From Candidatus Rokubacteria bacterium GWC2_70_16 (GTDB lineage Bacteria > Methylomirabilota > Methylomirabilia > Rokubacteriales > CSP1-6): a stretch of DNA of 44,789 bases. Within the stretch, counting starts at the first letter, position 1, and every line of letters starts with the position of its first letter. This document shows, piece by piece, positions 17,019 to 25,850 of the stretch. The stretch covers positions 1 to 44,789 of the forward strand of contig MGBV01000283.1 of the NCBI GenBank assembly GCA_001788415.1. Reading direction: 5' to 3'. Made by a program: the position numbers and the translations under genes. The notes under the pieces were generated by a model, which saw only the letters and a list, made by a program, of their open reading frames with translations, did not search any database and was not told the origin of the DNA.

Positions 17019-18826
17019 GCTCGGATCCCATCTTCGCCTCGGTCCTCGAGCGGAGGCTCAAGGCCATCACGGAGGAGATGGGGCTCACGCTGCTCCGCAC
17101 CACGCGCTCGCCGATCCTGAGCGAGGCGCGCGACTTCGTGACGGGCCTCTACGGCCCGCGCGGCGAGATCCTCGCCCAGTCGGAGTACATCCCGATCCTG
17201 GCCTTCGCGCTCCAGCCGGCCTGCCGCGCCGTGATCGCCGCCTTCCGCGACGACGTCCACCCGGGCGATGTCTTCCTCCACAACGACGTCTTCTCCGGCG
17301 GAAACCAGAACAACGACGTGGCGGTGTTCCGGCCGGTGTTCGTGGACGGGCGCGTCGTGGCCTGGGCCGCGACCAAGGGACACCAGGCCGACATCGGAGG
17401 CGGCCAGGCCGGGGGCTATAACCCCAGGGCCACGGAGGTGTGGCAGGAGGCGCTCAGGATTCCGCCGCTCAGGATCATCGACCGCGGGACGCGGCGGCGC
17501 GATGTCTGGGGCCTGGTCTTCTCCAACGTGCGGCTGCCCATCGTGGAGGAGGACATCCGCGCGCAGATCGGCGGCACGGTGGTGGGCGAGCGCGGGGTGA
17601 CGGAGCTGTACCGCCGCCACGGCGCTGACAAGGTGGAGCGGCACATCCGCTACCTCTTCGACGCCGCCGAGAGGCGCATGCGCGCGGAGCTGGCGCGGAT
17701 CCCCGATGGGACCTGGGTCGGGGAGAGTACCGTCTTCTACGATGGGCACCACGCGGGGAGCCGTCACCTGATCCGCGTGGCGATCGAGACGCGGGCCGGG
17801 GAGATCCGGCTCGACTACACCGGCACCGATCCCCAGACGGTGGGCTTCGTGAACGCGCCTTATGCCTCTTCCTTCTCGGCGATCCTGCTGACGCTCCTGA
17901 TGCTGGTGGACCCCGACATCCCGCACAACGAGGGGATGCTGCGGCCGATCCACGTGCACATCCCGGCCGGATGCATCCTCAACGCGAGCTTCCCCGCGGC
18001 TACCACCTTCGGCAACACGCTGGCGGGCCCGCATTCCGACGCGATCTTCCGCGCGCTGGCCCCGGCCGTTCCCGACCGAGTGTCGGCGGGATGGAACCGA
18101 ATGCTCGGGATGACCGTGGCGGGGCTGGACCCGCGCGGCGCCCGCCGCTACGTGGACATCCTGTTCCTGGCGCTCAAGGGCGGGTCGGGGGCGGTAGCCC
18201 ACTGCGACGGCTACGACCATATCGGGCTCATCAACACCGCCGGCGGCCTGCTGGCGCAGGACTACGAGATGCTGGAGGTCCAGACCCCCCATCGGCTCCT
18301 GCGCCACGAGTACCTGGCCGACTCGGCAGGGGCGGGCCGCTGGCGCGGCGGTCTCGGCGTGGAGACGGAGCTCGAGATCCACGGCGACGAGGTGACGGGC
18401 ATCGTCTTCGGCGACGGGGTGGATGAGGAGGCGCGGGCCTTCGGGCTCTTCGGGGGGCACCCGGGCAGCCTCAACCGGATCGAGCTCCGGACGCCGGCGG
18501 GGCAGGTCCTCACGCCCCGCTCGAAGGACGTGATCGCCATCCCGCGCGGCAGCCTCTTCCGGCAGGCCGCAGGCGGCGGCGGCGGCTACGGCGATCCCCG
18601 GGAGCGCCCGGCCCGCCTCGTGGCCGCCGAGGTGCTGGACGGCCTCATCTCGGTGGAGGCGGCCCGGCGGGATTACGGCGTCTGGGTGGAACCGGACACG
18701 CTGGCGCTGGACGAGGCGCGCACCGCGGCGCTCTCTCCATCTCGCTTGAACGTCGAAGAATTCGCGTTGCGGCCGGGCCTCTTCGCGCCTCCGGCGCTCA
18801 GAGGGCGGCAGGGGAGGGGCGCGTGA
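17015..18826 (+). CDS. hyuB: Hydantoinase B / oxoprolinase family protein (HyuB-type), copy 2
   Basis: GTG 17015 sits in a GTGA overlap with the hyuA2 stop; the longer ORF start at 16835 lies inside hyuA2. 603 aa with the motif HNDVFSGGNQNNDVAVF. The last 28 codons are read through repeat copy B. Confidence 0.85.
   Translation: MSSDPIFASVLERRLKAITEEMGLTLLRTTRSPILSEARDFVTGLYGPRGEILAQSEYIPILAFALQPACRAVIAAFRDDVHPGDVFLHNDVFSGGNQNNDVAVFRPVFVDGRVVAWAATKGHQADIGGGQAGGYNPRATEVWQEALRIPPLRIIDRGTRRRDVWGLVFSNVRLPIVEEDIRAQIGGTVVGERGVTELYRRHGADKVERHIRYLFDAAERRMRAELARIPDGTWVGESTVFYDGHHAGSRHLIRVAIETRAGEIRLDYTGTDPQTVGFVNAPYASSFSAILLTLLMLVDPDIPHNEGMLRPIHVHIPAGCILNASFPAATTFGNTLAGPHSDAIFRALAPAVPDRVSAGWNRMLGMTVAGLDPRGARRYVDILFLALKGGSGAVAHCDGYDHIGLINTAGGLLAQDYEMLEVQTPHRLLRHEYLADSAGAGRWRGGLGVETELEIHGDEVTGIVFGDGVDEEARAFGLFGGHPGSLNRIELRTPAGQVLTPRSKDVIAIPRGSLFRQAAGGGGGYGDPRERPARLVAAEVLDGLISVEAARRDYGVWVEPDTLALDEARTAALSPSRLNVEEFALRPGLFAPPALRGRQGRGA
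18740..18786 (+). repeat. 47-bp interspersed repeat, copy B
   Basis: tctcgcTtgaacgtcgaagaAtTcgcgttgcggCCgggcctcttcgc, with 42/47 identity to the reverse complement of 13911-13957. It contains an imperfect hairpin, aacg-t-cgaa-gaa-ttcg-cgtt. Confidence 0.8.
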
Positions 18827-19701
18827 GCGCGGCCGCCGTGGTCCACGTCGTCGTGAGCGGGCTGGCCACGGGGAGCATCTACGCCCTGATGGCGCTGGCG
18901 CTGGTCATCATCTACAACGCCACGCGGACGCTCAACTTCGCCCAGGGGGAGATGCTGATGGTCTCGACCTTCGTCGCCTGGGCGGCCCAGCGCGCCTGGC
19001 AGCTCCCCCTGCCGGTCATGCTGCTGGTGGCGGTCGCGGCGGGCGCCGCCGTGGCGCTCGTCTTCGAGCGCGCGATCATCCGCCGCTCCATCGCCGCCAC
19101 CCACTGGGACGTGCTCATCATCACGGTGGGGCTGTCGCTGATCCTGCGCTCGGCGGCCGGTCTCGTCTGGACGCACGAGGACTTCGCCTTCCCCTCCTTC
19201 TTCGGCAACCGCCCCATGGTGGTGGGCCCGGTGAAGCTGGCGCCCGTGTCGCTGGGGATCATCGGCGGCTCGCTCCTCCTCATGCTCGGGCTCTACGCCC
19301 TCTTCACCCACACGCGCCTCGGGCGGGCCATGCGCGCGGTGGCGCAGAACCAGCGTGCGGCGCGGCTCATGGGGATCAGCGTGGAGCGCATGTACTCGCT
19401 GTCGTGGGTGCTGGCGGGAGTGGTGGGCGCCATCGCGGGCGTGCTCGTCGCGCCCGTGACCTTCCTCTCCACGAAGATGGGGCTCGTCGTCATCAACGGC
19501 TTCACGGCCGCGGTGATCGGTGGCTTCGGCTCCATGCCGGGGGCCGTGGCGGGGGGCATGCTGCTGGGCGTGATCGAGAACCTGGCCCCGCTGTACCTGC
19601 CCTCCGGGATCCGCTACTCCGTCCCCTTCCTCGTCCTGATCGCCATCCTCCTGATCCGCCCCGCCGGACTCTTCGGCCGGGTCGAGCAGAGGAAGGTCTG
19701 A
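18823..19701 (+). CDS. livH: Branched-chain amino acid-type ABC transporter permease (LivH family)
   Basis: 292 aa polytopic membrane protein with LivH-like sequence. The GTG start forms a GTGA overlap with hyuB2. Confidence 0.9.
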   Translation: MSAAAVVHVVVSGLATGSIYALMALALVIIYNATRTLNFAQGEMLMVSTFVAWAAQRAWQLPLPVMLLVAVAAGAAVALVFERAIIRRSIAATHWDVLIITVGLSLILRSAAGLVWTHEDFAFPSFFGNRPMVVGPVKLAPVSLGIIGGSLLLMLGLYALFTHTRLGRAMRAVAQNQRAARLMGISVERMYSLSWVLAGVVGAIAGVLVAPVTFLSTKMGLVVINGFTAAVIGGFGSMPGAVAGGMLLGVIENLAPLYLPSGIRYSVPFLVLIAILLIRPAGLFGRVEQRKV

Positions 19702-20618
19702 TGCGCCGCTGGGCCCTCGGCGCGGCGGCGGCAGGGATGCTCGTCTGGCCCTGGGTGGCTCCCCGGTACCTGATCTTCCTCGCGAGTCTCGTGCTGGTCA
19801 ACGCGGTGGTGGCCATCGGGCTCAATCTCCTGAGCGGCTACACGAATCAGCTGTCCTTCGGGCACGCGGGCTTCCTCGCCATCGGGGCCTATGCCGCCGC
19901 GCTGCTCACGATCCACGCCCCCGCCGTGCCGGTGATCGTCACGCTGGCGGCGGCGGGAGCCGTCACGGCGGCGGTAGGGCTCGGCTTCGGCGTGCCGTGC
20001 CTCAGGCTCGGCGGGCTCTATCTCAGCATGGCGACGCTGGCCTTCGGCTTCGTGGTGTCCGAGGCCATCCTGAGCCTGGACGGGCTGACCCGGGGGGCCG
20101 ATGGCCTGCGCGTGCCGGCCGGCCGCCTCGCGGGCTTCACGCTGTCGACGGACACCGCGCGCTACTACCTGACGGCGGCCGTGGCCTGGGTGCTCGTGGC
20201 GGCGGCCGTCAACCTGACGCGGAGCCGGGTGGGCCGCGCCTTCCTCGCCATCCGGGAGAGTGAGGTGGCGGCCCAGGCCAGCGGCGTCTCCCTGGCCGCC
20301 TACAAGACCGCGGCCTTCGTCGTGTCGGCCTTCTACACGGGCGTGGCCGGCGGGCTCTTCGCCTTCGTCGTCGGCTTCCTCTCGCCGGATGCCTTCGACG
20401 TGTTCCTCTCCGTGGACTTCGTCGTCATGATCATCCTCGGCGGGCTCGGCTCGGTGCCGGGCTCGATCGCGGGCGCCGCCGTCGTGACGGTGCTGCACGA
20501 CTGGCTGGCCGCCTTCCAGAACTTCCGGCCGCTCATCTTCGGCGCGATCCTCATCGCCTGCATGCTCTTCATGCCCGGCGGGATGGCCCGCGCGCTGAGG
20601 CCGCTGGGGCGCCGGTGA
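19701..20618 (+). CDS. livM: Branched-chain amino acid-type ABC transporter permease (LivM family)
   Basis: ATG 19701 overlaps the livH TGA by 1 nt (TGATG). 305 aa and hydrophobic, with LivM-like sequence. Confidence 0.88.
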   Translation: MRRWALGAAAAGMLVWPWVAPRYLIFLASLVLVNAVVAIGLNLLSGYTNQLSFGHAGFLAIGAYAAALLTIHAPAVPVIVTLAAAGAVTAAVGLGFGVPCLRLGGLYLSMATLAFGFVVSEAILSLDGLTRGADGLRVPAGRLAGFTLSTDTARYYLTAAVAWVLVAAAVNLTRSRVGRAFLAIRESEVAAQASGVSLAAYKTAAFVVSAFYTGVAGGLFAFVVGFLSPDAFDVFLSVDFVVMIILGGLGSVPGSIAGAAVVTVLHDWLAAFQNFRPLIFGAILIACMLFMPGGMARALRPLGRR

Positions 20619-20644
20619 CCCACACCCCACAGAGGAGGACGCCC

Positions 20645-21805
20645 ATGCGACTCATTTGTTCGCTCCTCACCGCGGCGCTGGCCCTCGTGGCGAGCGCGCC
20701 GGCCGCCGCCCAGCAGGGAGTCACCGACACGGAGATCGTGGTGGGTTGCTCCAACTCGTTCTCGGGCCCGCTGGCCTTCACGGGCGAGCAGCTCACGAAA
20801 TTCGGCATCGACCTCTACTTCAAGGGCGTGAACGACGCCGGCGGCATCCACGGCCGGAAGGTCCGCACGGTCTACTACGACGACGGCTACCGGCCGCAGG
20901 ACGCCGTGGCCAACACGAAGAAGCTCGTGGAGCAGGACAAGGTGTTCGCGATCCTGTCCTCGCAGGGGACGGCCCCGGTGGCGGCCACCGTGGACTACCT
21001 CGAGGAGAACCGCGTTCCGCTCCTCTTCCCGTACCAGGGCTCGACCGTGACCCGCGGGAAGAAGTACGTCCTCAACGGCATGACGCTCTACGACCGCCAG
21101 GCGCGGATGATGGTGGACTACCTCGTGGGGCAGCGGAAGCTCAAGAGCTTCGCGGCGATCTACCAGGACGACGAGTACGGCCGGGCCTTCCTCGGACCGT
21201 TCGAGAAGGAGCTGGGCCGGCATGGGCTCAAGCTGGCGGCGGCGGAGCCCGTGAAGCGCGGGGCCACGGATGTGAGCGCCCAGATCGCCAAGCTCCAGGT
21301 CGCCAAGCCCCAGGTGACCTTCCTCGTGCTCACCCCGGGTCCGGGGGCCCAGGCGCTCAAGGAGCGGCAGAAAATCGGCTGGACCGAGACGCTGATGGTC
21401 TCCTCGGGCCCGCTCACCGACGAGCGCTTCCTGGGGCTCGCCGGCGAGGCCGCGGAGGGGACCGAGGGGCTCTCCCTCTGGCCCGACCCGCTCACCTCCG
21501 ACCTGCCCGGCGTCCGCGCCTACCGCGAGGCGCTCCAGAAGTTCGCGCCCAAGGCCGAGCCCAACCGCTACGCGCTCCACGGCTACTTCGCGGCCATGGT
21601 CTTCACCGAGGGGGCCAAGCGGGCGGGCAAGAGCCTGACACGCGAGGGGCTCATGACCGCGCTCACCTCCATCAAGGCCTTCGAGAGCGGCATCCTGCCG
21701 CCCATCAGCATCGGGTCGGACCTCGAGCCGCTCAAGCAGGGCTTCTGGGTGCGCATGGAGAAGGGGCGGTTCAAGCCGCTCACGGACTGGCTCAAGTCGG
21801 AGTGA
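20645..21805 (+). CDS. Liv-type (family 4/LivJ-like) periplasmic substrate-binding protein
   Basis: I chose ATG 20645 because GGAGGA lies 7-13 nt upstream and it gives the signal peptide MRLICSLLTAALALVASAPAAAQQ. Type I periplasmic binding fold similar to LivJ/LivK. Confidence 0.85.
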   Translation: MRLICSLLTAALALVASAPAAAQQGVTDTEIVVGCSNSFSGPLAFTGEQLTKFGIDLYFKGVNDAGGIHGRKVRTVYYDDGYRPQDAVANTKKLVEQDKVFAILSSQGTAPVAATVDYLEENRVPLLFPYQGSTVTRGKKYVLNGMTLYDRQARMMVDYLVGQRKLKSFAAIYQDDEYGRAFLGPFEKELGRHGLKLAAAEPVKRGATDVSAQIAKLQVAKPQVTFLVLTPGPGAQALKERQKIGWTETLMVSSGPLTDERFLGLAGEAAEGTEGLSLWPDPLTSDLPGVRAYREALQKFAPKAEPNRYALHGYFAAMVFTEGAKRAGKSLTREGLMTALTSIKAFESGILPPISIGSDLEPLKQGFWVRMEKGRFKPLTDWLKSE

Positions 21806-22581
21806 CCGTGGCGCTCCTCAGCGTCGAGGATCTCTCCATCGCCTTCGGCGGCCTCGCCGCCCTGTCGGGGGTGGCCCTCGAGGTCAACGAGGGGGAGATC
21901 TTCGCGCTGATCGGGCCCAACGGCGCCGGCAAGACCACGGTGTTCAACGTGCTGACCGGCCTCTACCGCCCGACGGGCGGCCGCATCACCTATGCGGGGG
22001 AGGACCTGCTGCGTCTGGCTCCCCACGAGATCGCCCGCCGAGGGGTGGGGCGCACCTTCCAGAACACCGAGGTGTTTCGCCAGCTGACGGCGCTGGAGAA
22101 CGTGCTCATCGGCGAGCACGGGCAGCTCCGCAGCTCGGTGTGGAGCGCGGCGCTGGGGCTGCCCTGGGTACGGAGGGAGGAGGCGGCGGCCCGCCGGCGG
22201 GCGCTCGGGCTGCTCGAGCGCTTCGGGCTCCTGGACGTGGCCGAGGTGGAGGCGGGGAACCTCCCGCTGGGGAGCCAGAAGCGCCTGGAGATCGCCCGGG
22301 CGCTCGGCTCCGAGCCTCGCCTCCTCCTGCTGGACGAGCCGGCGGGCGGGCTCAACCCCACGGAGACCCGGACGCTCATGGAGCTGATCTGCGCGCTCCG
22401 GGAGGGGCTCAAGCTCACCGTCATGGTGGTCGAGCACGACATGGATCTGGTCATGTCCATCTCGGACCGGATCGCGGTGCTCGACTACGGGCGGAAGATC
22501 GCGGAGGGGAAGCCGCGGGAGATCACCGCGGACCCCGCGGTGATCGAGGCCTACCTGGGCAGAGATGCAGCCGACGCTTGA
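21802..22581 (+). CDS. livG: ABC transporter ATP-binding protein (LivG family)
   Basis: GTG start in a GTGA overlap with the SBP stop (GTG 21808 is an alternative). Walker A GPNGAGKTT and a C-terminal IEAYLG. Confidence 0.88.
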   Translation: MTVALLSVEDLSIAFGGLAALSGVALEVNEGEIFALIGPNGAGKTTVFNVLTGLYRPTGGRITYAGEDLLRLAPHEIARRGVGRTFQNTEVFRQLTALENVLIGEHGQLRSSVWSAALGLPWVRREEAAARRRALGLLERFGLLDVAEVEAGNLPLGSQKRLEIARALGSEPRLLLLDEPAGGLNPTETRTLMELICALREGLKLTVMVVEHDMDLVMSISDRIAVLDYGRKIAEGKPREITADPAVIEAYLGRDAADA

Positions 22582-23308
22582 GCTCGAGGATGTGAGCGTG
22601 TACTACGGCAAGCGCCGGGCGCTCGAGGGGGTGTCGCTCCGTCTCGGCGAGGGGGAGATCGTCACGCTGCTCGGAGCCAACGGGGCGGGGAAGTCCACGA
22701 CGCTCCGCGCGGTGTCGGGGCTCGTCCGGCCCTTGCGCGGGCGCGTCCTGTACGACGGCCGCGACATCACGGGCTGGGCGGCCGATGCCATCGTCGCGGC
22801 GGGCATCGGGCATGTGCCCGAGGGACGCGACCTCTTTCCCGAGTTCACGGTGCTTGATAACCTCCTGGTCGGCGGCCACACGGTGGCGCGGCGGGAGCTG
22901 GCCGCCCGCCTCGAGCTGGGCTTCGAGCTGTTTCCCCTCCTCCGCGAGCGGAAGCGGCAGCGGGCCGGGACGCTGTCGGGGGGCGAGCAGCAGATGCTGG
23001 CCATGGCGCGGGCGCTGGTGTCCCGGCCGCGCGTCCTCCTCCTGGACGAGCCGTCGCTGGGGCTGGCCCCCATGCTCACGCGGGAGATCTTCCGCGTGAT
23101 CCGGCGGATCAACGAGCGGGGGGTGTCCGTGCTGCTGGTGGAGCAGAACGCGCGCCGGGCGCTGGGGGTGGCCGACCGCGGCTATGTGCTCGAGACCGGG
23201 CGTCTCGTGGTCTCGGGCCCCTCGCGGGAGTTGCTGGAGGACCAGCGGGTGCGCACCGCCTATCTCGGCCTCAGGCCGCCGGGCGCCGGCGCGGACCAGG
23301 GAGAGTGA
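22565..23308 (+). CDS. livF: ABC transporter ATP-binding protein (LivF family)
   Basis: 247 aa. Walker A GANGAGKST and signature LSGGEQQMLAMARAL. Overlaps livG by 17 nt. Confidence 0.9.
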   Translation: MQPTLELEDVSVYYGKRRALEGVSLRLGEGEIVTLLGANGAGKSTTLRAVSGLVRPLRGRVLYDGRDITGWAADAIVAAGIGHVPEGRDLFPEFTVLDNLLVGGHTVARRELAARLELGFELFPLLRERKRQRAGTLSGGEQQMLAMARALVSRPRVLLLDEPSLGLAPMLTREIFRVIRRINERGVSVLLVEQNARRALGVADRGYVLETGRLVVSGPSRELLEDQRVRTAYLGLRPPGAGADQGE

Positions 23309-23312
23309 GCGC

Positions 23313-24473
23313 ATGATCCGCTTCACCCCGGAGCAGGAGGAGTTCAGGAAGTCGGTAGCCCGCTTCGTGGACGCCGAGGTCGCGCCAGCCGCGGCGGCCG
23401 TTGACGACCGGGCGGAGTTCCCCAGGGCGCTCTTCCGTCGTCTCGGGGAGCTGGGGTACCTGGGACTGCGTTATCCCGAGGCCTATGGCGGCGCCGGCTG
23501 CGACATGGTCACCTACTGCCTCTTCGCCGAGGAGCTCGCCCGGGGCTCGCTGTCGCTGGCGGCGGTGGGGGCCATGCAGTCGCTGATGGGCACGCACTTC
23601 ATCTACCGGTACGGCAACGACGAGATCCGGCAGCGCTACCTCGTCCCCGCGCTCCGGGGCGAGCTCGTGGCCACCTTCGCGCTCACCGAGCCCGATGCCG
23701 GCTCCGATCTGGCGAACATCACGGCGCGGGCCGAGCGGCGAGGGGACGGCTGGGTGCTGAGGGGACGCAAGACCTGGGTCACGAACGCCCCTGTCGCGGA
23801 TGTCCTCACCGTGGCCGCCAAGACCTCGGCCGAGCGCGGCATGAAAAACATCGCCCTCTTCCTGCTGGACCGTGCAGCGATGCGCGGGATCTCACTCGGC
23901 AAGAAGATCGACAAGATGGCCGTGCGGGCCTCGGAGACGGGGGAGATTGTGCTGGAGGACGTCGAGGTGCCGGACGAGCATCTCCTGGGCGGCGAGACGG
24001 GCGGGGTGGAGAAGGTCGGCGGCGTACTGGCCGAGGCCCGCATCATGACCTCCGCGCTGTCGGTGGGGCTGGCCCGCGCGGCGTACCAGGCGGCGCTCGA
24101 GTACGCGCGCCAGCGGGTGGCCTTCGGCAAGCCCATCGTCGAGCACCAGGCCATCTCCTTCAAGCTCGCCGACATGCTCACCGCGATCCACGCCGCGACC
24201 CTCATGACCTACCAGGCGGCGGGGCGCCTGGACGCCGGGCAGCCGGTGGGCCGGGAGGCCGCCATGACCAAGCTCTTCGCCTCCGAGATGGCCGTGCGGG
24301 TCACCGACGAGGCCACGCGCGTGCTGGCCTCCTACGGGCTCGCCATGGAGTACCCGGTGCAGCGCTACTTCCGCGACGCCCGCTTCCTCCTTCCGGGCGG
24401 CGGCACCTCCGAGATTCTGCGCCTGATCATCGGGCGCGAGCTGGACTGGGACCGCGGGGGAGCCTTCGCATGA
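23313..24473 (+). CDS. Acyl-CoA dehydrogenase
   Basis: ATG 23313 lies 4 nt after the livF stop. 386 aa, with ACAD N, middle and C-terminal domain appearance (..FALTEPDAGSD.., C-terminal ..GGGTSEI..). Confidence 0.88.
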   Translation: MIRFTPEQEEFRKSVARFVDAEVAPAAAAVDDRAEFPRALFRRLGELGYLGLRYPEAYGGAGCDMVTYCLFAEELARGSLSLAAVGAMQSLMGTHFIYRYGNDEIRQRYLVPALRGELVATFALTEPDAGSDLANITARAERRGDGWVLRGRKTWVTNAPVADVLTVAAKTSAERGMKNIALFLLDRAAMRGISLGKKIDKMAVRASETGEIVLEDVEVPDEHLLGGETGGVEKVGGVLAEARIMTSALSVGLARAAYQAALEYARQRVAFGKPIVEHQAISFKLADMLTAIHAATLMTYQAAGRLDAGQPVGREAAMTKLFASEMAVRVTDEATRVLASYGLAMEYPVQRYFRDARFLLPGGGTSEILRLIIGRELDWDRGGAFA

Positions 24474-25768
24474 ACGGCCCGCCCACCCCCATGTTCCAGC
24501 CCTCGGTGGAGACGCGCCCGCGGGAGCAGCTGGAAGCCCTCCAGCTCGAACGGATGCGCCGCACGCTGGGCCTCATCAGGGAGAACGCCGCCTACCGCAA
24601 GCGCCTCGGCCGGGTGGACGCCGAGGCGCTCCGGTCCGCCGCCGACTGGGCGCGGCTGCCCTTCCTCACCAAGGAGGCGCTGCGGGATGCCTACCCCTTC
24701 CAGCTCTGCTGCGCACCCCGGGGGACCATCCAGCGGGTGCACATGTCCTCCGGCACCACCGGCAATCCCATCGTGAACCCGTACACGCGCGCCGACATCG
24801 CCCAGTGGGGCGAGGTCATGGCCCGCTGCTACGCGGCGGCGGGCGTCACCTCGGCCGACATCGTCCAGATCACACCCTCCTTCGGCCTGTTCACCGGAGG
24901 CTTCGGCTTCCACTACGGCGCCGAGCGGCTGGGCGTCATGGTGATCCCGGCGGGCGCCGGGCGCAGCGCCTTCCAGCTCAAGCTCATGAAGGATCTCGGC
25001 GCGACGGTGCTGGCGGGCATCGCCACCTATCCGCTGCGCCTCCTCGAGGTCGCGCGGGAGGAGCGCTTCGACCTGCGGCAGCTGAGGCTCCGGGTGGCCA
25101 TCCTGGGGTCGGAGATGTGGTCCGACGACCTGCGCGCCCTCATCGAGCGCGAACTCGGCGTCGAGACCTTCGACATCATCGGCATGACCGAGAGCGGGGG
25201 GCCCGGGCTCGGCATCGACTGCCGGGCGCATGACGGGATCCACGTCTGGGAGGACCACTACTACTGCGAGATCGTGGATCCCGTGACCGGCGCGCTGCGC
25301 CCGGACGGGCAGGAGGGGGAGCTGGTGCTCTCCACGCTCACGCGCGAGGGACTGCCCCTGGTCCGGTACCGGACGGGCGACCTCACCCGCGTGGTGAGCC
25401 GGGATCCCTGCGCCTGCGGGCGCACCCATCTCCGGCTCGACCGGCTGCGCGGGCGCACCGACGATATGGTGATCTTCAAGGGGGTGAACTTCTACCCGCG
25501 CCAGATCGAGTCGCTGGTGGTCGGCCGAGCAGGCCTCGGCCACGAATACCAGGTGATCCTCGAGCGCAACCCGGAGGGCGCCGAGAGACTGCGCCTGCTC
25601 ATCGAGGTGACGCCGGACTTCGATCCGCAGAGCCTCAGAGGGATCGAGCGGGACTTCAAGGATGTTCTCAACCTCACCCCGGAAGTGACCGTCCTCAAGG
25701 AGGGGGAGATCCCGCGGCCCCAGGGGAAGGCCGTGAGGGTGGTGGACCGCCGCGCAGCCGCAGGATGA
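24470..25768 (+). CDS. paaK: Phenylacetate-CoA ligase (PaaK)-family adenylate-forming enzyme
   Basis: 432 aa with an ATGA overlap with the ACAD. AMP-binding motif SSGTTGNP and PaaK-like size and sequence. Confidence 0.85.
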   Translation: MNGPPTPMFQPSVETRPREQLEALQLERMRRTLGLIRENAAYRKRLGRVDAEALRSAADWARLPFLTKEALRDAYPFQLCCAPRGTIQRVHMSSGTTGNPIVNPYTRADIAQWGEVMARCYAAAGVTSADIVQITPSFGLFTGGFGFHYGAERLGVMVIPAGAGRSAFQLKLMKDLGATVLAGIATYPLRLLEVAREERFDLRQLRLRVAILGSEMWSDDLRALIERELGVETFDIIGMTESGGPGLGIDCRAHDGIHVWEDHYYCEIVDPVTGALRPDGQEGELVLSTLTREGLPLVRYRTGDLTRVVSRDPCACGRTHLRLDRLRGRTDDMVIFKGVNFYPRQIESLVVGRAGLGHEYQVILERNPEGAERLRLLIEVTPDFDPQSLRGIERDFKDVLNLTPEVTVLKEGEIPRPQGKAVRVVDRRAAAG

Positions 25769-25850
25769 ACTTAACATAATGCGCCTTATCGGACATTACG
25801 AGGCGCTCGGGGCGAACCCTCGACACACGCCGCCAGGAGACTCGGGCTTC

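Noticed and set aside
20615-20644. Longer start (20615) for the LivJ-like binding protein, overlapping livM.
   Set aside because: ATG 20645 has a GGAGGA SD at the correct spacing and begins directly with a canonical signal peptide. The extra 10 residues (MTHTPQRRTP) add nothing recognisable.
25781-25806. Hairpin GCGCCT-N14-AGGCGC in the unusually AT-rich spacer between the convergent paaK and TPR genes, considered as a possible bidirectional terminator.
   Set aside because: The stem is only 6 bp with a 14-nt loop and no flanking T or A tracts, which is too weak to call.
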